From Longimicrobiales bacterium (GTDB taxonomy: Bacteria; Gemmatimonadota; Gemmatimonadetes; Longimicrobiales; Gaopeijiaceae): a DNA stretch of 64,000 bases. Shown piece by piece: positions 19,872-29,724 of this stretch (within the stretch, counting starts at the first letter, position 1; each line of letters starts with the position of its first letter). The stretch spans positions 1,984,001-2,048,000 of the forward strand of contig CBDBCF010000001.1 of NCBI GenBank assembly GCA_965202985.1, written 5' to 3'. The position numbers and the translations under genes were made by a program. The notes beneath the pieces were generated by a model that had not been told where the DNA came from, searched no databases, and saw only the letters and a program-made list of their open reading frames with translations.

Positions 19872-22217
19872 TCAGAACGCCGTGCCGAAGCTCAACCAGG
19901 GCCGCCACTTGGAGTCCGGGGGCGCGTCGCCGTTCACGGGGAAGCGTCGGGTCAAGTCGATTCGAAGGCCGCCGGGCAGGACTATGCCCGTTCCGGCCGA
20001 GAGGAAGGTCAGGCGCTCCCGTTGCAGGTCGGGCGCGTCCGTCGGAGGCCAGTCGGCGAAGGTGCGCATCCAGTCGCTGAAGATCGAGAGCCGAGCGAAG
20101 GCGATCTGGATCTGCATGTCGGCTCGGGCGCGGAGGGCCACGCGACTGGCCAATCCCTGCGGCGTCCGTCCGCGAAACCACCGGCCCGAGGGGTCGAGGA
20201 GCCACGAGTCGGTGCGGGGTGGTCCTCCCCAGGTCCGGGCGGCGCCGGCTTCCGCTCCTATCGATACGCGCCGGCCCGGAAACAGGATCGCGGTTGCGGT
20301 CGCTGCCGCTCGAAGCGTCGGGTCGTCTTCCAGAGTGCCCGCCAGGGACAGCGCGGTGCCTCCCTGCAGCCGGCCGGAGCGGTTTCCCCACCAAGGTCTC
20401 CACGTTGCCGTCGCCCCGGACCGCATCTCGCCCGCGCCGTACTCGTCGTGGCGCTCGGCGAAGAGGCTCACGGCAACGGACTGGCGATTGCGCCGCGCCG
20501 GCGAGAGCCAGACCCGCAGTCCGTCGGCGACGTACCACAACGGATCGTCGGAGGAGGCGGGCGCGTCGCTGGGCAGGACGGACGCCAGACGGTAGTCGTG
20601 ATAGGCGGATACGCGCAAGCGCCAGGCGGGGAGGCGCGAATCGAGGGAGAGGAAGACGCGCGGCCGGGATCGGCGGGTGCCGGCGTTCGTCGCCAGAGCA
20701 ACCCGGCCCCACGGGAAGCTTCGCCACAGCCGGCTTCCGGCGACGAGCCCCTCGGACTGGTTGTAGTTCAGAAGCCGAAGCGTCAGGAGAGGCGGCTCGA
20801 AGAACCAGGGGCTGAGGTCGGCACCTTCGTCCTCGGCGCCCTCGTCTTCGCCGACCTCGATCCGGGCCAGTTCGGCCGCCATCCGGTCCCGACCGGGCTC
20901 GTGGGCGCGGGCGTCCCACGACGCGGGGAGAAAGAGATCGGCTGGCGAACTCGCCTCGCGAAATCGACGGCGGGGGACAAGGACGACGAGTTCCTCTCCG
21001 GTCCCGTGGACCACGCTGTCCCCGGGTTGCTCCCACGTCCCAAGGACGGGACTCGCCCCTCCGGGCGTCTCGCTCACCTCCTCAATCTCGAACGCCGCCT
21101 GGACCGAGGCGCGGACCATGATCTCCGGGTACTCCTCCCAGTCCCAGCTGCTGGGCTCCTCGATCAGGGCTTGGTGCATCCTTGCGGTCATGGAGTGTGG
21201 CAGCCACCACCGGTTCCCCCACAACGAGTACTCCACCACGATCGACGAGGCCGCCAACTCGAACCGGGGAAGGGCCGAGTTGAACGCCCAGTTCACCAGT
21301 CGGCCAAAGCCCTCCGGCTCGCCCCCGACCTCCGCTCGGCCAGCGCTCGGAACCGCCGACGAATCGCCCCCGGCCCCACTCCCCCGCTTGCTTCCGGCCC
21401 CGCCCTCCGAGAAGTCGAAGTCGACTCCAACGTTCCATCCGTCCGCGTCGCGCAAGCGAAAGGCGGCCTCCCGATCGATCGGCTTCGCGGGACGGAACGC
21501 CACTCGGGCCACGCCGTGCGTCTTCGGCTCGATCCACATCAGGGAGGCCATGAACCGGATGCTTCGGTAGCGAGGCATCGCCTCCACGACTACGGTGTGC
21601 ACTACCTCTCCGTCGGGAAGCGTCACCGAGAGCGTGTCCCCCGACCGGTATCGGTAGAAGTGCTCGGCGTCCGGGTCCAGCGGCGCAACGATCGATGTCA
21701 TGTCGGCGGAGTCCAACACCCCCAGCGTCGCCAGCTGCCGAAGGCCGAAGCGGAAGGGGTTCCGACCGGGCTCCGGCGGCCGATCGACCGCTCGGCGCGC
21801 GAAGAGCGAGTCCGGCGGGCCCCATCGCGGGTAGCGCGACCAGTGACCGTCGAGCCGGACGACGGCCTCCCCCTCCCGGGACCATCGCACCCGGGCCGAA
21901 TAGCGATAGTCCCGCAGAAGGTGCGCGCGACGCTCGGTCACCATCTCGAACACCTGTCGCTCGTGCAGTCGGGCGGTGTACGACGCCGGACCCGAACCGT
22001 CCCGCCGGGCCTTGGCCCCCTCGACCAGGCGACGAGCGACCGCGTCCAGATAGGCGTCCTCCGCAGACTGGCCGAGAAGCGGACCGGCGGTCGCCATGCC
22101 CACCGCCCAAGCAACGGCCGCCGCCAAGCAAGCCGGCGTCAAGCAAGCGGCCGCCGCCCTCCCGACCCGCACAAGGCCGCGCGCTGGAAGACCTCGCCCT
22201 TGAGAACCTCGAACCAT
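19872..22217 (-). CDS. Hypothetical outer-membrane protein with C-terminal beta-barrel
   Basis: Signal peptide, amphipathic beta-strands, terminal WLSFGTAF. Confidence 0.65.
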   Translation of the reverse strand: MVRGSQGRGLPARGLVRVGRAAAACLTPACLAAAVAWAVGMATAGPLLGQSAEDAYLDAVARRLVEGAKARRDGSGPASYTARLHERQVFEMVTERRAHLLRDYRYSARVRWSREGEAVVRLDGHWSRYPRWGPPDSLFARRAVDRPPEPGRNPFRFGLRQLATLGVLDSADMTSIVAPLDPDAEHFYRYRSGDTLSVTLPDGEVVHTVVVEAMPRYRSIRFMASLMWIEPKTHGVARVAFRPAKPIDREAAFRLRDADGWNVGVDFDFSEGGAGSKRGSGAGGDSSAVPSAGRAEVGGEPEGFGRLVNWAFNSALPRFELAASSIVVEYSLWGNRWWLPHSMTARMHQALIEEPSSWDWEEYPEIMVRASVQAAFEIEEVSETPGGASPVLGTWEQPGDSVVHGTGEELVVLVPRRRFREASSPADLFLPASWDARAHEPGRDRMAAELARIEVGEDEGAEDEGADLSPWFFEPPLLTLRLLNYNQSEGLVAGSRLWRSFPWGRVALATNAGTRRSRPRVFLSLDSRLPAWRLRVSAYHDYRLASVLPSDAPASSDDPLWYVADGLRVWLSPARRNRQSVAVSLFAERHDEYGAGEMRSGATATWRPWWGNRSGRLQGGTALSLAGTLEDDPTLRAAATATAILFPGRRVSIGAEAGAARTWGGPPRTDSWLLDPSGRWFRGRTPQGLASRVALRARADMQIQIAFARLSIFSDWMRTFADWPPTDAPDLQRERLTFLSAGTGIVLPGGLRIDLTRRFPVNGDAPPDSKWRPWLSFGTAF

Positions 22218-22345
22218 CGCTTCCCTGCCGGCTGGACCAGACTGCTACGCAGCGCAGGGACATCATCAGCCCGAGACCGGCAGCGGCGCAAGACGCCTTG
22301 GCGACGGCAGCGCCCGCCCCGTCCCCGTGCCTTGCTGTCCCCGCC

Positions 22346-22391
22346 TTCAGCCCAGCAGGGGGCGAATGTTCAGCCCAGCAGGGGGCGAATG
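22346..22391 (+). repeat. Perfect 23-bp tandem duplication
   Basis: TTCAGCCCAGCAGGGGGCGAATG x2. Confidence 0.95.
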
Positions 22392-22915
22392 TGCGTGTTG
22401 GTGGAGCCCGGAATCTGGATGCCGGCCCGCAGCGTGGAGCCCAGCAGGTCGACCAGCACGTACTCCTGCTGGGGCTGGAAGGTGTCCGGCTTGGGCGCCG
22501 TGGGGTCGATCAGGTCGATGAGGCGCAGCGACACCGGCCACGGGTCCAGCCCCGTGTAGACGACGATGGGCAGCACCGGCGGCACGGTGGAGCCGATGCT
22601 AAGGTCGCCGTTCTTGAACAGCTCCAGCCACGTGAGTATCGAGTTGGTCGTCACGCGAAGCGCCATGTGCTTGTCCGCCTTGGGCTCCGCGAAGAGCAGG
22701 ACGTACATCCACGACCCTCCCTTGAGTCGCATCCTCCAGACCGTGTCCCGCTTGCCGCGCAGCGGATTGGCGTCCAGGTAGTCGTCCGGCACCCGCTCCA
22801 GAGTGGGCAGGTCGCAGTACTGCCGGGCCTCCGGCGGCACCACGTTGCGCACCAGGTCGTGGACGACCTCCTTGAAGTGGAACGCGCGGTTCATGAACGA
22901 GTCGGTGGTGGCCAT
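22370..22915 (-). pseudogene. Truncated, degenerate Rpn family (transposase_31) nuclease
   Basis: DLPTLERV, RDTVWR, MALRV, VPPVLPIVVYTG..W; 181 aa only; E-x-Q motif not evident. Confidence 0.7.
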
Positions 22916-23130
22916 GCTGTTCGGTCCTTTCGGATGTGGGGCGTGCCTTGCCCGCCGAGGGCCGGAACGGGCCTCCGCCGGGTCGCCGAACCCGTCGGTC
23001 CGGCCTTCGCCCCATACAATCTGCGCCGAAAATTGGGCGCTTCCATGCTCAGATCGGCCCGACTTTAGCGGCCCCGGGTTCCGCCCTTGCCCCGGCCGAG
23101 CAACCGTGCCTCATTTGTTGGACCATGGGC

Positions 23131-23910
23131 ATGAGAATCGCGGCGTGGAACGTCAACTCGGTGAAGGCGCGGGAGGCCAGGGTGGTGCACTGGCTTCGGG
23201 AGCACCGGCCCGACGCCCTGTGCCTCCAGGAGATCAAGACCACGGAGGACCACTTTCCGTCCGAAAGGCTTCGGGAGGACGGATACCAGGCCGCCGTCTT
23301 CGGGCAGAGGACCTACAACGGCGTCGCGGTGGTCAGCCCCCATCCGATCGGCTCGGTCGAACGGGGACTGGAAGGCGACGAGCACGACGACCAAGCCCGC
23401 TTGGTGCGCGGCGTCGTCCGGGGCGTGACCGTGCTCTCCGCCTACTTCCCGAACGGAAGGACGGTGGGCTCCGAGTCCTACCGCTACAAGCTGGCGTGGA
23501 TGGGCCGCCTGCTGGCGCTGCTGGAGCGCCGCTTCGACCCCCGCGATCCGGTCGTGCTGGCCGGCGACTTCAACGTGGCCCGCGACGACCTGGACGCGGA
23601 GCATCCGGATCGGTGGGCGGCCAGCGTGCTGTGCGACCCGGCGACCCGCGAAGCCTTGGAGCGGATTCGGGAGTGGGGTTTCGTGGACGTGGTGCGGAAG
23701 CACAACCCCGACGGGAAGCTCTACAGCTGGTGGGACTACCGACGCCTGGCGTTTCCCAAGAACGACGGGTTGCGCATCGACCACGTGTTCGCCACCGTGC
23801 CCGTGGCGGAAGCGTCCATCGGGGCCTGGGTGGACCGCAACCAGCGAAAGGGAGGCAAGGCCGACAAGCCGTCCGACCACGCGCCCGTGGTGGCCGACTT
23901 CGATCTGTAG
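23131..23910 (+). CDS. xth: Exodeoxyribonuclease III (start 23125 or 23131)
   Basis: WNVNS, LQEIK, YNGVA, GDFNVA, YSWWDYR, RIDH, SDHAPV. Confidence 0.95.
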   Translation: MRIAAWNVNSVKAREARVVHWLREHRPDALCLQEIKTTEDHFPSERLREDGYQAAVFGQRTYNGVAVVSPHPIGSVERGLEGDEHDDQARLVRGVVRGVTVLSAYFPNGRTVGSESYRYKLAWMGRLLALLERRFDPRDPVVLAGDFNVARDDLDAEHPDRWAASVLCDPATREALERIREWGFVDVVRKHNPDGKLYSWWDYRRLAFPKNDGLRIDHVFATVPVAEASIGAWVDRNQRKGGKADKPSDHAPVVADFDL

Positions 23911-24000
23911 TCGGGACTAGGGGGGCGGGGCAACCCAAGCGCGAGGCCGCGCCGTCGGAAGAAGCAAGGACGCCCACGTCTCCGGCAAAGGAGGGGAAAG

Positions 24001-24621
24001 ATGAAGAGCACGAGACGCGCCAAGGAACGGCAGCACCGGCGGCTGTTCGCCGCTGGAATCGGGACATCGGCGGCGTTGCACGCCGCGGTCCTGGGGTTCT
24101 CGACGTTCAGCGTCCCGGCGTCCACCGCCGGCGTGGCGGAACGGAACGCGGATCGCTCGCCCGCCCCCGCCGACGAAGCTCCGGCCATGGAGGTGGTGAC
24201 GCTGGCGAAAGCCCCGGCCACGCCCGCGCAGTCCCCGAGCGCGTCTGTCGCGCCGTCCGCCGCCGCGCCGTCCCCTGCCGCCGGAGCCGCCTCCCCCGCT
24301 GCCGCCGCCCCGCGCACTGCCGCCGAAGCCACCCCCAGCGCGGCCCTCATGCTGGCCGCGTTCGAGGCCCGCGCCCGTCCCGCCATGAAGCCCAACTTCG
24401 CCGCCCAGCAGGGCGTGTCGCCGCGCGGCTTGAGCGCCCTCCCGGCAACGGCCGGCCCCGGCGACGACCTCGCCGGCCACGATCACGGCCACGACGAGGA
24501 CGACGGCAACAGCTGGTGGCGCCGATTGGGCATCTCCGTCGGCAGCGGCGGCGGCCACTGCAAGCCCCGCCCCGGCGGAACGATCGTCTCCGAACCCCGC
24601 GAGCCCGTCACTTCCCGCTGA
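24001..24621 (+). CDS. Hypothetical membrane-anchored Pro/Ala-rich protein
   Basis: SD AAAGGAGG; TM helix with SAALH; low-complexity linker. Confidence 0.6.
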   Translation: MKSTRRAKERQHRRLFAAGIGTSAALHAAVLGFSTFSVPASTAGVAERNADRSPAPADEAPAMEVVTLAKAPATPAQSPSASVAPSAAAPSPAAGAASPAAAAPRTAAEATPSAALMLAAFEARARPAMKPNFAAQQGVSPRGLSALPATAGPGDDLAGHDHGHDEDDGNSWWRRLGISVGSGGGHCKPRPGGTIVSEPREPVTSR

Positions 24622-25564
24622 CGCGTGGTCGCCCGGACCTGACGCACGGTCGCCCGGACGCCCCGCTCCCGTCCCGCAGCGCCTCCATCTCCTCCAGGCT
24701 CCTGGGCCAGTCCTTGCCCAGCAGCCGCGACAGCGCCCGGTCGGCCAGCAGCCGGCCCCCCGTCTGACACTCCGGACAGTAGTTGGTCTCTCGGGCCGCG
24801 TAGACGATGCGCTGGATCGGCGTCCCGCACTGGGGGCACGGCTGCCCATACTTGCCGTGGGCCGCCATTTTCGGGTGGAACGCGGTCACCTTGCCGGGAA
24901 AGCGCCCGGCCGCCTCTTCCACCAGCCGCGCGCACCACTCCCGCAGCGAGACCTGCACCGCTTTGTGGAGCCGCGCCGTCTCCGCGTCGCTCAGCTGCCG
25001 GCTCAGGCGCACCGGCGACAGCCGCGCCCGCAACAGGATCTCGTCGGAGTGCGCGTTCCCGATCCCCGACAGGATGCGCGGGTCGGTGAGCGCGCGCTTC
25101 AAGGTGCGGTTCTCCCGCCGGATCGCCGCCGCGAACTCCGTCGCCGACGCCTCCAAGGGCTCGATGCCGCCCGGGTCGTGCTCCGCCAGCGCCGCCTCGC
25201 CCCGCACCACATGCAGCGACGCCCGCTTCTGCGTCGCTGCCTCGGTCAGCAGCAGGGTCCCCCCGTCGAAGTCGAACGCCGCGTGTCCACGCTTCCGGGG
25301 CACGGCAGCGCCGGGCGCGCGCCATTGGAAGCGCCCGCTGATCATCAGGTGCACCACGCAGAAGAGGTCGTCTTCCAGGCAGATCACCACCCGCTTGCCG
25401 ATCCGCCGCAGGTCTTCGACCCTCTTGCTGCGAACCGCGGACAGAGGCGGGTCCCAGCTCTTCAGAAGCGACGGCGACCGCACCCGAACCCGTCGCAGCC
25501 GCTCGCCTTGGACGCGGTCCCGCAGCGCGTGCAGGTACAGGGCGACTTCGGGCAGCTCGGGCAT
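24608..25564 (-). CDS. Fpg/Nei family DNA glycosylase
   Basis: MPELPEV, HLMISG, SGIGNAHSDE, CPQC..CPEC zinc finger. Confidence 0.93.
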   Translation of the reverse strand: MPELPEVALYLHALRDRVQGERLRRVRVRSPSLLKSWDPPLSAVRSKRVEDLRRIGKRVVICLEDDLFCVVHLMISGRFQWRAPGAAVPRKRGHAAFDFDGGTLLLTEAATQKRASLHVVRGEAALAEHDPGGIEPLEASATEFAAAIRRENRTLKRALTDPRILSGIGNAHSDEILLRARLSPVRLSRQLSDAETARLHKAVQVSLREWCARLVEEAAGRFPGKVTAFHPKMAAHGKYGQPCPQCGTPIQRIVYAARETNYCPECQTGGRLLADRALSRLLGKDWPRSLEEMEALRDGSGASGRPCVRSGRPRVSGK

Positions 25565-25683
25565 GGGCCACGATGGGGTCACCCGCCTTCGCCGGCAATC
25601 TCGCCCGTTCCGCTCTGCTGCCCTCCGGTTCCGCCCCGCCGGCCCCCTGTTGCCGCCTCGCATCCGGCGCGAGATTTGAGGCC

Positions 25684-26880
25684 ATGATCGTTCGTCCCAA
25701 GGTTCGGGGCTTCGTCTGCGTGACGGCGCACCCCACGGGTTGCAAAGAGAATGTGGCCGCCCAGATCCGCCATGCCCGCGCCCACCCCATCGCCAACCCG
25801 CCCCGGTGCGCGCTGGTGCTGGGGTCGTCGGCCAGCTACGGAATGGGATCGCGGGTCGCGCTGGCGTTCGGCGGCGGTGCCGCCACCTTCGGCGTCTTCT
25901 TCGACCGTCCGCCCACGCACCGCCGGACCGCCACGGCCGGCTGGTACAACACGGCGGCGTTCGAAGCGGCCGCGGCCCGGGCGGGCCTCGCGTCGGCTTG
26001 CTGGAACGGCGACGCCTTCTCCCACCAGGCCAAGGAGCGCGTCGTCGAAGCCCTGAAGCGCGACTTCCCTCCCGTCGACTGCGTGGTGAACTCCCTGGCG
26101 GCCCCTCGGCGAACCCACCCCGACACGGGACAGAACTTCGCCTCGGTCCTGAAGCCGATCGGCGCGCCCTACCGCTCCAAGACGCTGAACACCGACAAGG
26201 CCCGCGTCGAGGAGGTGGAGCTGGACCCGGCCTCGCCGGAAGAGGTGGACGCGACCGTGGCCGTCATGGGCGGCGAGGACTGGCGCCTGTGGATCGAAGC
26301 CCTGGAGGCCGGCGGCGTCCTGGCGCCCAACTGCCGCACCTTCGCCTACAGCTACGTCGGCCCCGAGCTCACGTGGCCGATCTACCGGGACGGCGCCATC
26401 GGCCGCGCCAAGGCCGACCTGCATCGAACCGCGGCGGCCCTGGACCAGCGCCTGTCCCCGTCAGGCGGCGGCGCGACCGTGGCGGTCATGAAGGCGGTGA
26501 CGACCCAGGCCAGCGCCGCGATCCCGGTCGTGCCCCTGTACGTGTCGATCCTGTATAAGATCATGAAGGCCGCCGGCGACCACGAAGGCCCCGCGGAACA
26601 GGCGGTCCGGCTGTACGCTTCCAAGGTGTACGGCCCGGGCGGGCTGGAGACGGACGGCGACGGCTTCGTCCGCATGGACGACCTCGAAATGAAGCCCGAC
26701 ACCCAGGCCGCGGTGCTGCGGGCGTGGGAAGCGATCTCCACCGAGAACCTCCGAACCGAGTCCGACTTCGACGGCTACCGCCGCGACTTCCTGCGGCTCT
26801 TCGGCTTCGAGACGCCCGGCGTGGACTACGACGCGGAAGTGGACCCGGTGGTCGCTGTTCCCGGCTTGGTCGCGGACTGA
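25684..26880 (+). CDS. fabV: Enoyl-ACP/trans-2-enoyl-CoA reductase FabV
   Basis: MIVRPKVRGFVCVTAHPTGC, NGDAFS, VMGGEDW, YxxxxxxxxK, LFGF. Confidence 0.93.
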   Translation: MIVRPKVRGFVCVTAHPTGCKENVAAQIRHARAHPIANPPRCALVLGSSASYGMGSRVALAFGGGAATFGVFFDRPPTHRRTATAGWYNTAAFEAAAARAGLASACWNGDAFSHQAKERVVEALKRDFPPVDCVVNSLAAPRRTHPDTGQNFASVLKPIGAPYRSKTLNTDKARVEEVELDPASPEEVDATVAVMGGEDWRLWIEALEAGGVLAPNCRTFAYSYVGPELTWPIYRDGAIGRAKADLHRTAAALDQRLSPSGGGATVAVMKAVTTQASAAIPVVPLYVSILYKIMKAAGDHEGPAEQAVRLYASKVYGPGGLETDGDGFVRMDDLEMKPDTQAAVLRAWEAISTENLRTESDFDGYRRDFLRLFGFETPGVDYDAEVDPVVAVPGLVAD

Positions 26881-26889
26881 CGGCGCGCA

Positions 26890-27528
26890 GTGCCCAAGGT
26901 CAAGCCCACGCCCGCACAGCTTCGCGAGCTGGCTCGCTGCGACCCGGCGATGGGCGCGGCCATGGATCGCGTCGCCCCCTACCCGGGCTTCCCCGCCGGC
27001 TTCCTGGCCCGCGGCTCGCACTTCCAGGCCATCGCCCGGTCCATCGTCTTCCAGCAGCTGGCCGGTGCCGCCGCCAGGACGATCTACGGGCGGGTGTGCG
27101 ACCTGACGCCGGGACCGGGCTTCCCGACGGCCGCGGAGTGCATGGCGCTGCCCGACCCGCACCTTCGCAAGGCGGGGCTGTCGGCCGCCAAGTCCAGAGC
27201 CATCAAGGACCTGGCCGCCAAGTCCGCCGACGGCTCGGTCCGGCTGCGGAGCGTGTCGCGAATGACCGACGAAGAAGTGGTGGACATGCTCTCCTCGGTC
27301 TGGGGGATCGGGGAGTGGACGGCCCAGATGTTCCTGATCTTTCGGCTGGGACGCCTGGACGTGATGCCCGCAGGAGACCTGGGCGTGCGGGAGGGCGCGC
27401 GCCGGCTGGACGGCTTGACGGAGCGCCCGTCGCCCGGCGCCGTGCTACAGCGCGCAGAGGCGTGGCGACCCCTGCGGTCCGTGGCCACTTGGGTTCTCTA
27501 TCGACTGTGCGACGAGCCGGCGGCGTGA
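26890..27528 (+). CDS. DNA-3-methyladenine glycosylase II family (HhH-GPD)
   Basis: IVFQQL, GIGEWTAQM, DVMPAGDLGVR, WRPLRS. Confidence 0.9.
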   Translation: MPKVKPTPAQLRELARCDPAMGAAMDRVAPYPGFPAGFLARGSHFQAIARSIVFQQLAGAAARTIYGRVCDLTPGPGFPTAAECMALPDPHLRKAGLSAAKSRAIKDLAAKSADGSVRLRSVSRMTDEEVVDMLSSVWGIGEWTAQMFLIFRLGRLDVMPAGDLGVREGARRLDGLTERPSPGAVLQRAEAWRPLRSVATWVLYRLCDEPAA

Positions 27529-28076
27529 CGCCGCTCGAAACGCGGGCCCAACCCGCCGGGCAGGTAACCTCGGCTCGACTGGACACGCCGCTGGGCGCCA
27601 TGGAGGCGGCCGCGTGCGACCACGGCGTGTGCATGCTGGAGTTCGCGGATCGGCCCATGCTGCCCACGCAGCTCGGGCGCGTGGAGCGTCGCTGGGGGAC
27701 GCCGGTACCGGGCGAACACCCGCTTCTGGAGCGTCTGGAGGTCGAGCTGCGCGAGTACTTCGACGGCGCTCGGCTCGAGTTCGAGGTGCCCTTGGCGCTG
27801 GCGGGAACGCCCTTCCAAGAGCGGGTTTGGCGACGCCTCCTGGAGATCCCGTACGGACGGACGATCACCTACGACGAGCTGGCCCGACAGGTCGCATGCC
27901 CCGGAGGCCAGCGCGCCGTGGGTCGCGCCAACGGCGACAACCGCATCGCGGTCGTGGTGCCCTGCCACCGCGTGGTCCGTTCCGGCGGCGGCTTGGGAGG
28001 CTACGGGGGCGGCCTTGCCCGCAAGCGGCGGCTTCTGGGCCTGGAGCAAGGCGCCGTCCAGGGCGGCCTGTTCTAA
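27525..28076 (+). CDS. ogt: Methylated-DNA--protein-cysteine methyltransferase
   Basis: GTPFQ, IPYG, RAVGRAN, PCHRV. Confidence 0.92.
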   Translation: MTPLETRAQPAGQVTSARLDTPLGAMEAAACDHGVCMLEFADRPMLPTQLGRVERRWGTPVPGEHPLLERLEVELREYFDGARLEFEVPLALAGTPFQERVWRRLLEIPYGRTITYDELARQVACPGGQRAVGRANGDNRIAVVVPCHRVVRSGGGLGGYGGGLARKRRLLGLEQGAVQGGLF

Positions 28077-28098
28077 ACCGCGAGCCCGTGTCCCGACC

Positions 28099-29295
28099 AT
28101 GAAGGTGCCCCTGCTGGACCTGAAGGCGCAGTACGCCTCGATCAAGGACGAGATCGACAACGCCGTGGGCGACGTGCTCGCCTCGCAGCGCTTCGTCCTG
28201 GGTCCCGCCGTGGAGGCGTGCGAAGAAGCGATCGCCCGGTACTGCGGCTGCGCCCACGCGGTCGGCGCGTCCTCGGGCACCGACGCCCTGCTCGCGGTGC
28301 TCATGGCCGAGCGAATCCGCCCCGGCGACGAAGTGATCACCACCCCGTTCACCTTCTTCTCCACCGCCGGCGTCGCGGCCCGCCTGGGGGCCGTCCCCGT
28401 CTTCGCCGACATCGATCCGGCCACCTTCAACATCGATCCCGCCAAGATCGAGGCGCGCGTCACGGAGCGCACTCGCGCAATCGTCCCCGTCCACCTCTTC
28501 GGCCAGATCGCCGACATGGACCCGGTGACGGAGATCGCCGAACACCACGGCCTGCTCGTCGTGGAGGACGCAGCCCAAGCCATAGGAGCGGAACGCGACG
28601 GCCGCCGCGCCGGCTCGTTCGGACACTACGGATGCTTCTCCTTCTTCCCGTCCAAGAACCTGGGCGGATACGGCGACGGCGGCATGGTGACGACCAACGA
28701 CGAGGACCGGGCCGCCCGCCTCCGGGCCATCCGCGTCCACGGCGAGGCGCGCAAGTACCATCACCACGTGGTGGGCGGCAACTTCCGCCTGGACGCCCTT
28801 CAGGCCGCGGTGCTGTCGGCCAAGTTGCCCCACCTGGACGCTTGGAGCGACGCGCGAGCCCGAAACGCCGCTCTGTACGCCCGAATCTTCGGCGAAATGC
28901 CCGCCCGCATCCGCGACCGCGTGCGCTTGCCCCAGGTAGGGTCGGGCAGGCACGTCTTCAACCAGTTCGTGGTTCGCGTCCCGAACCGCGACCGCGTGCA
29001 GGCCCGGCTGGCCGCGGCCGGCGTCGGCTGCGCCGTCTACTACCCCGTGCCCCTGCACCTGCAACGGTGCTTCGCGACGCTGGGATACGCCCGCGGCGAC
29101 CTGCCCGAGGCCGAGAAAGCGGCGGACGAGGTCCTTGCGCTGCCGGTCTACCCGGAGCTCTCCGAGGCCCAGGTCCGCTACGTGGTGGAGGCCGTGGCGG
29201 CAGCCGTTGACAGGCCGACTCCGGGGCCGAATCATCTACGGCGGGCCGGGCCGACCGCCGGAAACGATGCGCGACGGGACGAGGGGGGTGAATGA
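28099..29295 (+). CDS. DegT/DnrJ/EryC1/StrS aminotransferase
   Basis: SSGTDAL, VHLFGQ, EDAAQA, SFFPSKNLG. Confidence 0.95.
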   Translation: MKVPLLDLKAQYASIKDEIDNAVGDVLASQRFVLGPAVEACEEAIARYCGCAHAVGASSGTDALLAVLMAERIRPGDEVITTPFTFFSTAGVAARLGAVPVFADIDPATFNIDPAKIEARVTERTRAIVPVHLFGQIADMDPVTEIAEHHGLLVVEDAAQAIGAERDGRRAGSFGHYGCFSFFPSKNLGGYGDGGMVTTNDEDRAARLRAIRVHGEARKYHHHVVGGNFRLDALQAAVLSAKLPHLDAWSDARARNAALYARIFGEMPARIRDRVRLPQVGSGRHVFNQFVVRVPNRDRVQARLAAAGVGCAVYYPVPLHLQRCFATLGYARGDLPEAEKAADEVLALPVYPELSEAQVRYVVEAVAAAVDRPTPGPNHLRRAGPTAGNDARRDEGGE

Positions 29296-29678
29296 CGGAA
29301 CCAGGGGGCAAGCAGCTGATCGTCGTGGGAGACCGCATCCTCGTGGAACCTGAAGAGGGCGAAGAACGTACAAAGGTGGGGCTGTACCTTCCGGCCTCGG
29401 CCGTGGACAAGCAGTCGGTCCAGGGCGGCCGAGTGCTGGCTACCGGTCCCGGCACTCCCATCGGCGCACCTGCGGACTTGGACGACGAACCTTGGAAGAT
29501 CGGCTCCGGCGAGGCTCGCTACTTGCCCGTTCAGGCCCAGCCGGGCGACTTTGCCATCTTCTTCCGAAAAGCCGCCGTCGAGATCAGCTTCGAGGGCAAG
29601 CGCTATCTGGTCGTGCCCCAAGCGGCCGTGCTGACGTTGGTTCGCGACACTCGGAGCCGGTCCGCTCCCCCCTACTAG
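29292..29678 (+). CDS. Stand-alone GroES family co-chaperonin
   Basis: GDRILVEP..TKVGLYLP..GRVLATGPG; no adjacent groEL. Confidence 0.85.
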   Translation: MTEPGGKQLIVVGDRILVEPEEGEERTKVGLYLPASAVDKQSVQGGRVLATGPGTPIGAPADLDDEPWKIGSGEARYLPVQAQPGDFAIFFRKAAVEISFEGKRYLVVPQAAVLTLVRDTRSRSAPPY

Positions 29679-29724
29679 TTCTTCCTATTCACCGGTGCCG
29701 TCCGGCGCACAAGACACGCAACCC

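Noticed and set aside
19767..22559. 930-aa + strand ORF
   Set aside because: Antisense shadow of the OM protein gene; Arg/Pro-rich with no motifs
29207..29235. groES promoter (TTGACA) inside the DegT 3' end
   Set aside because: Perfect -35 but unconvincing -10 (AATCAT); insufficient support
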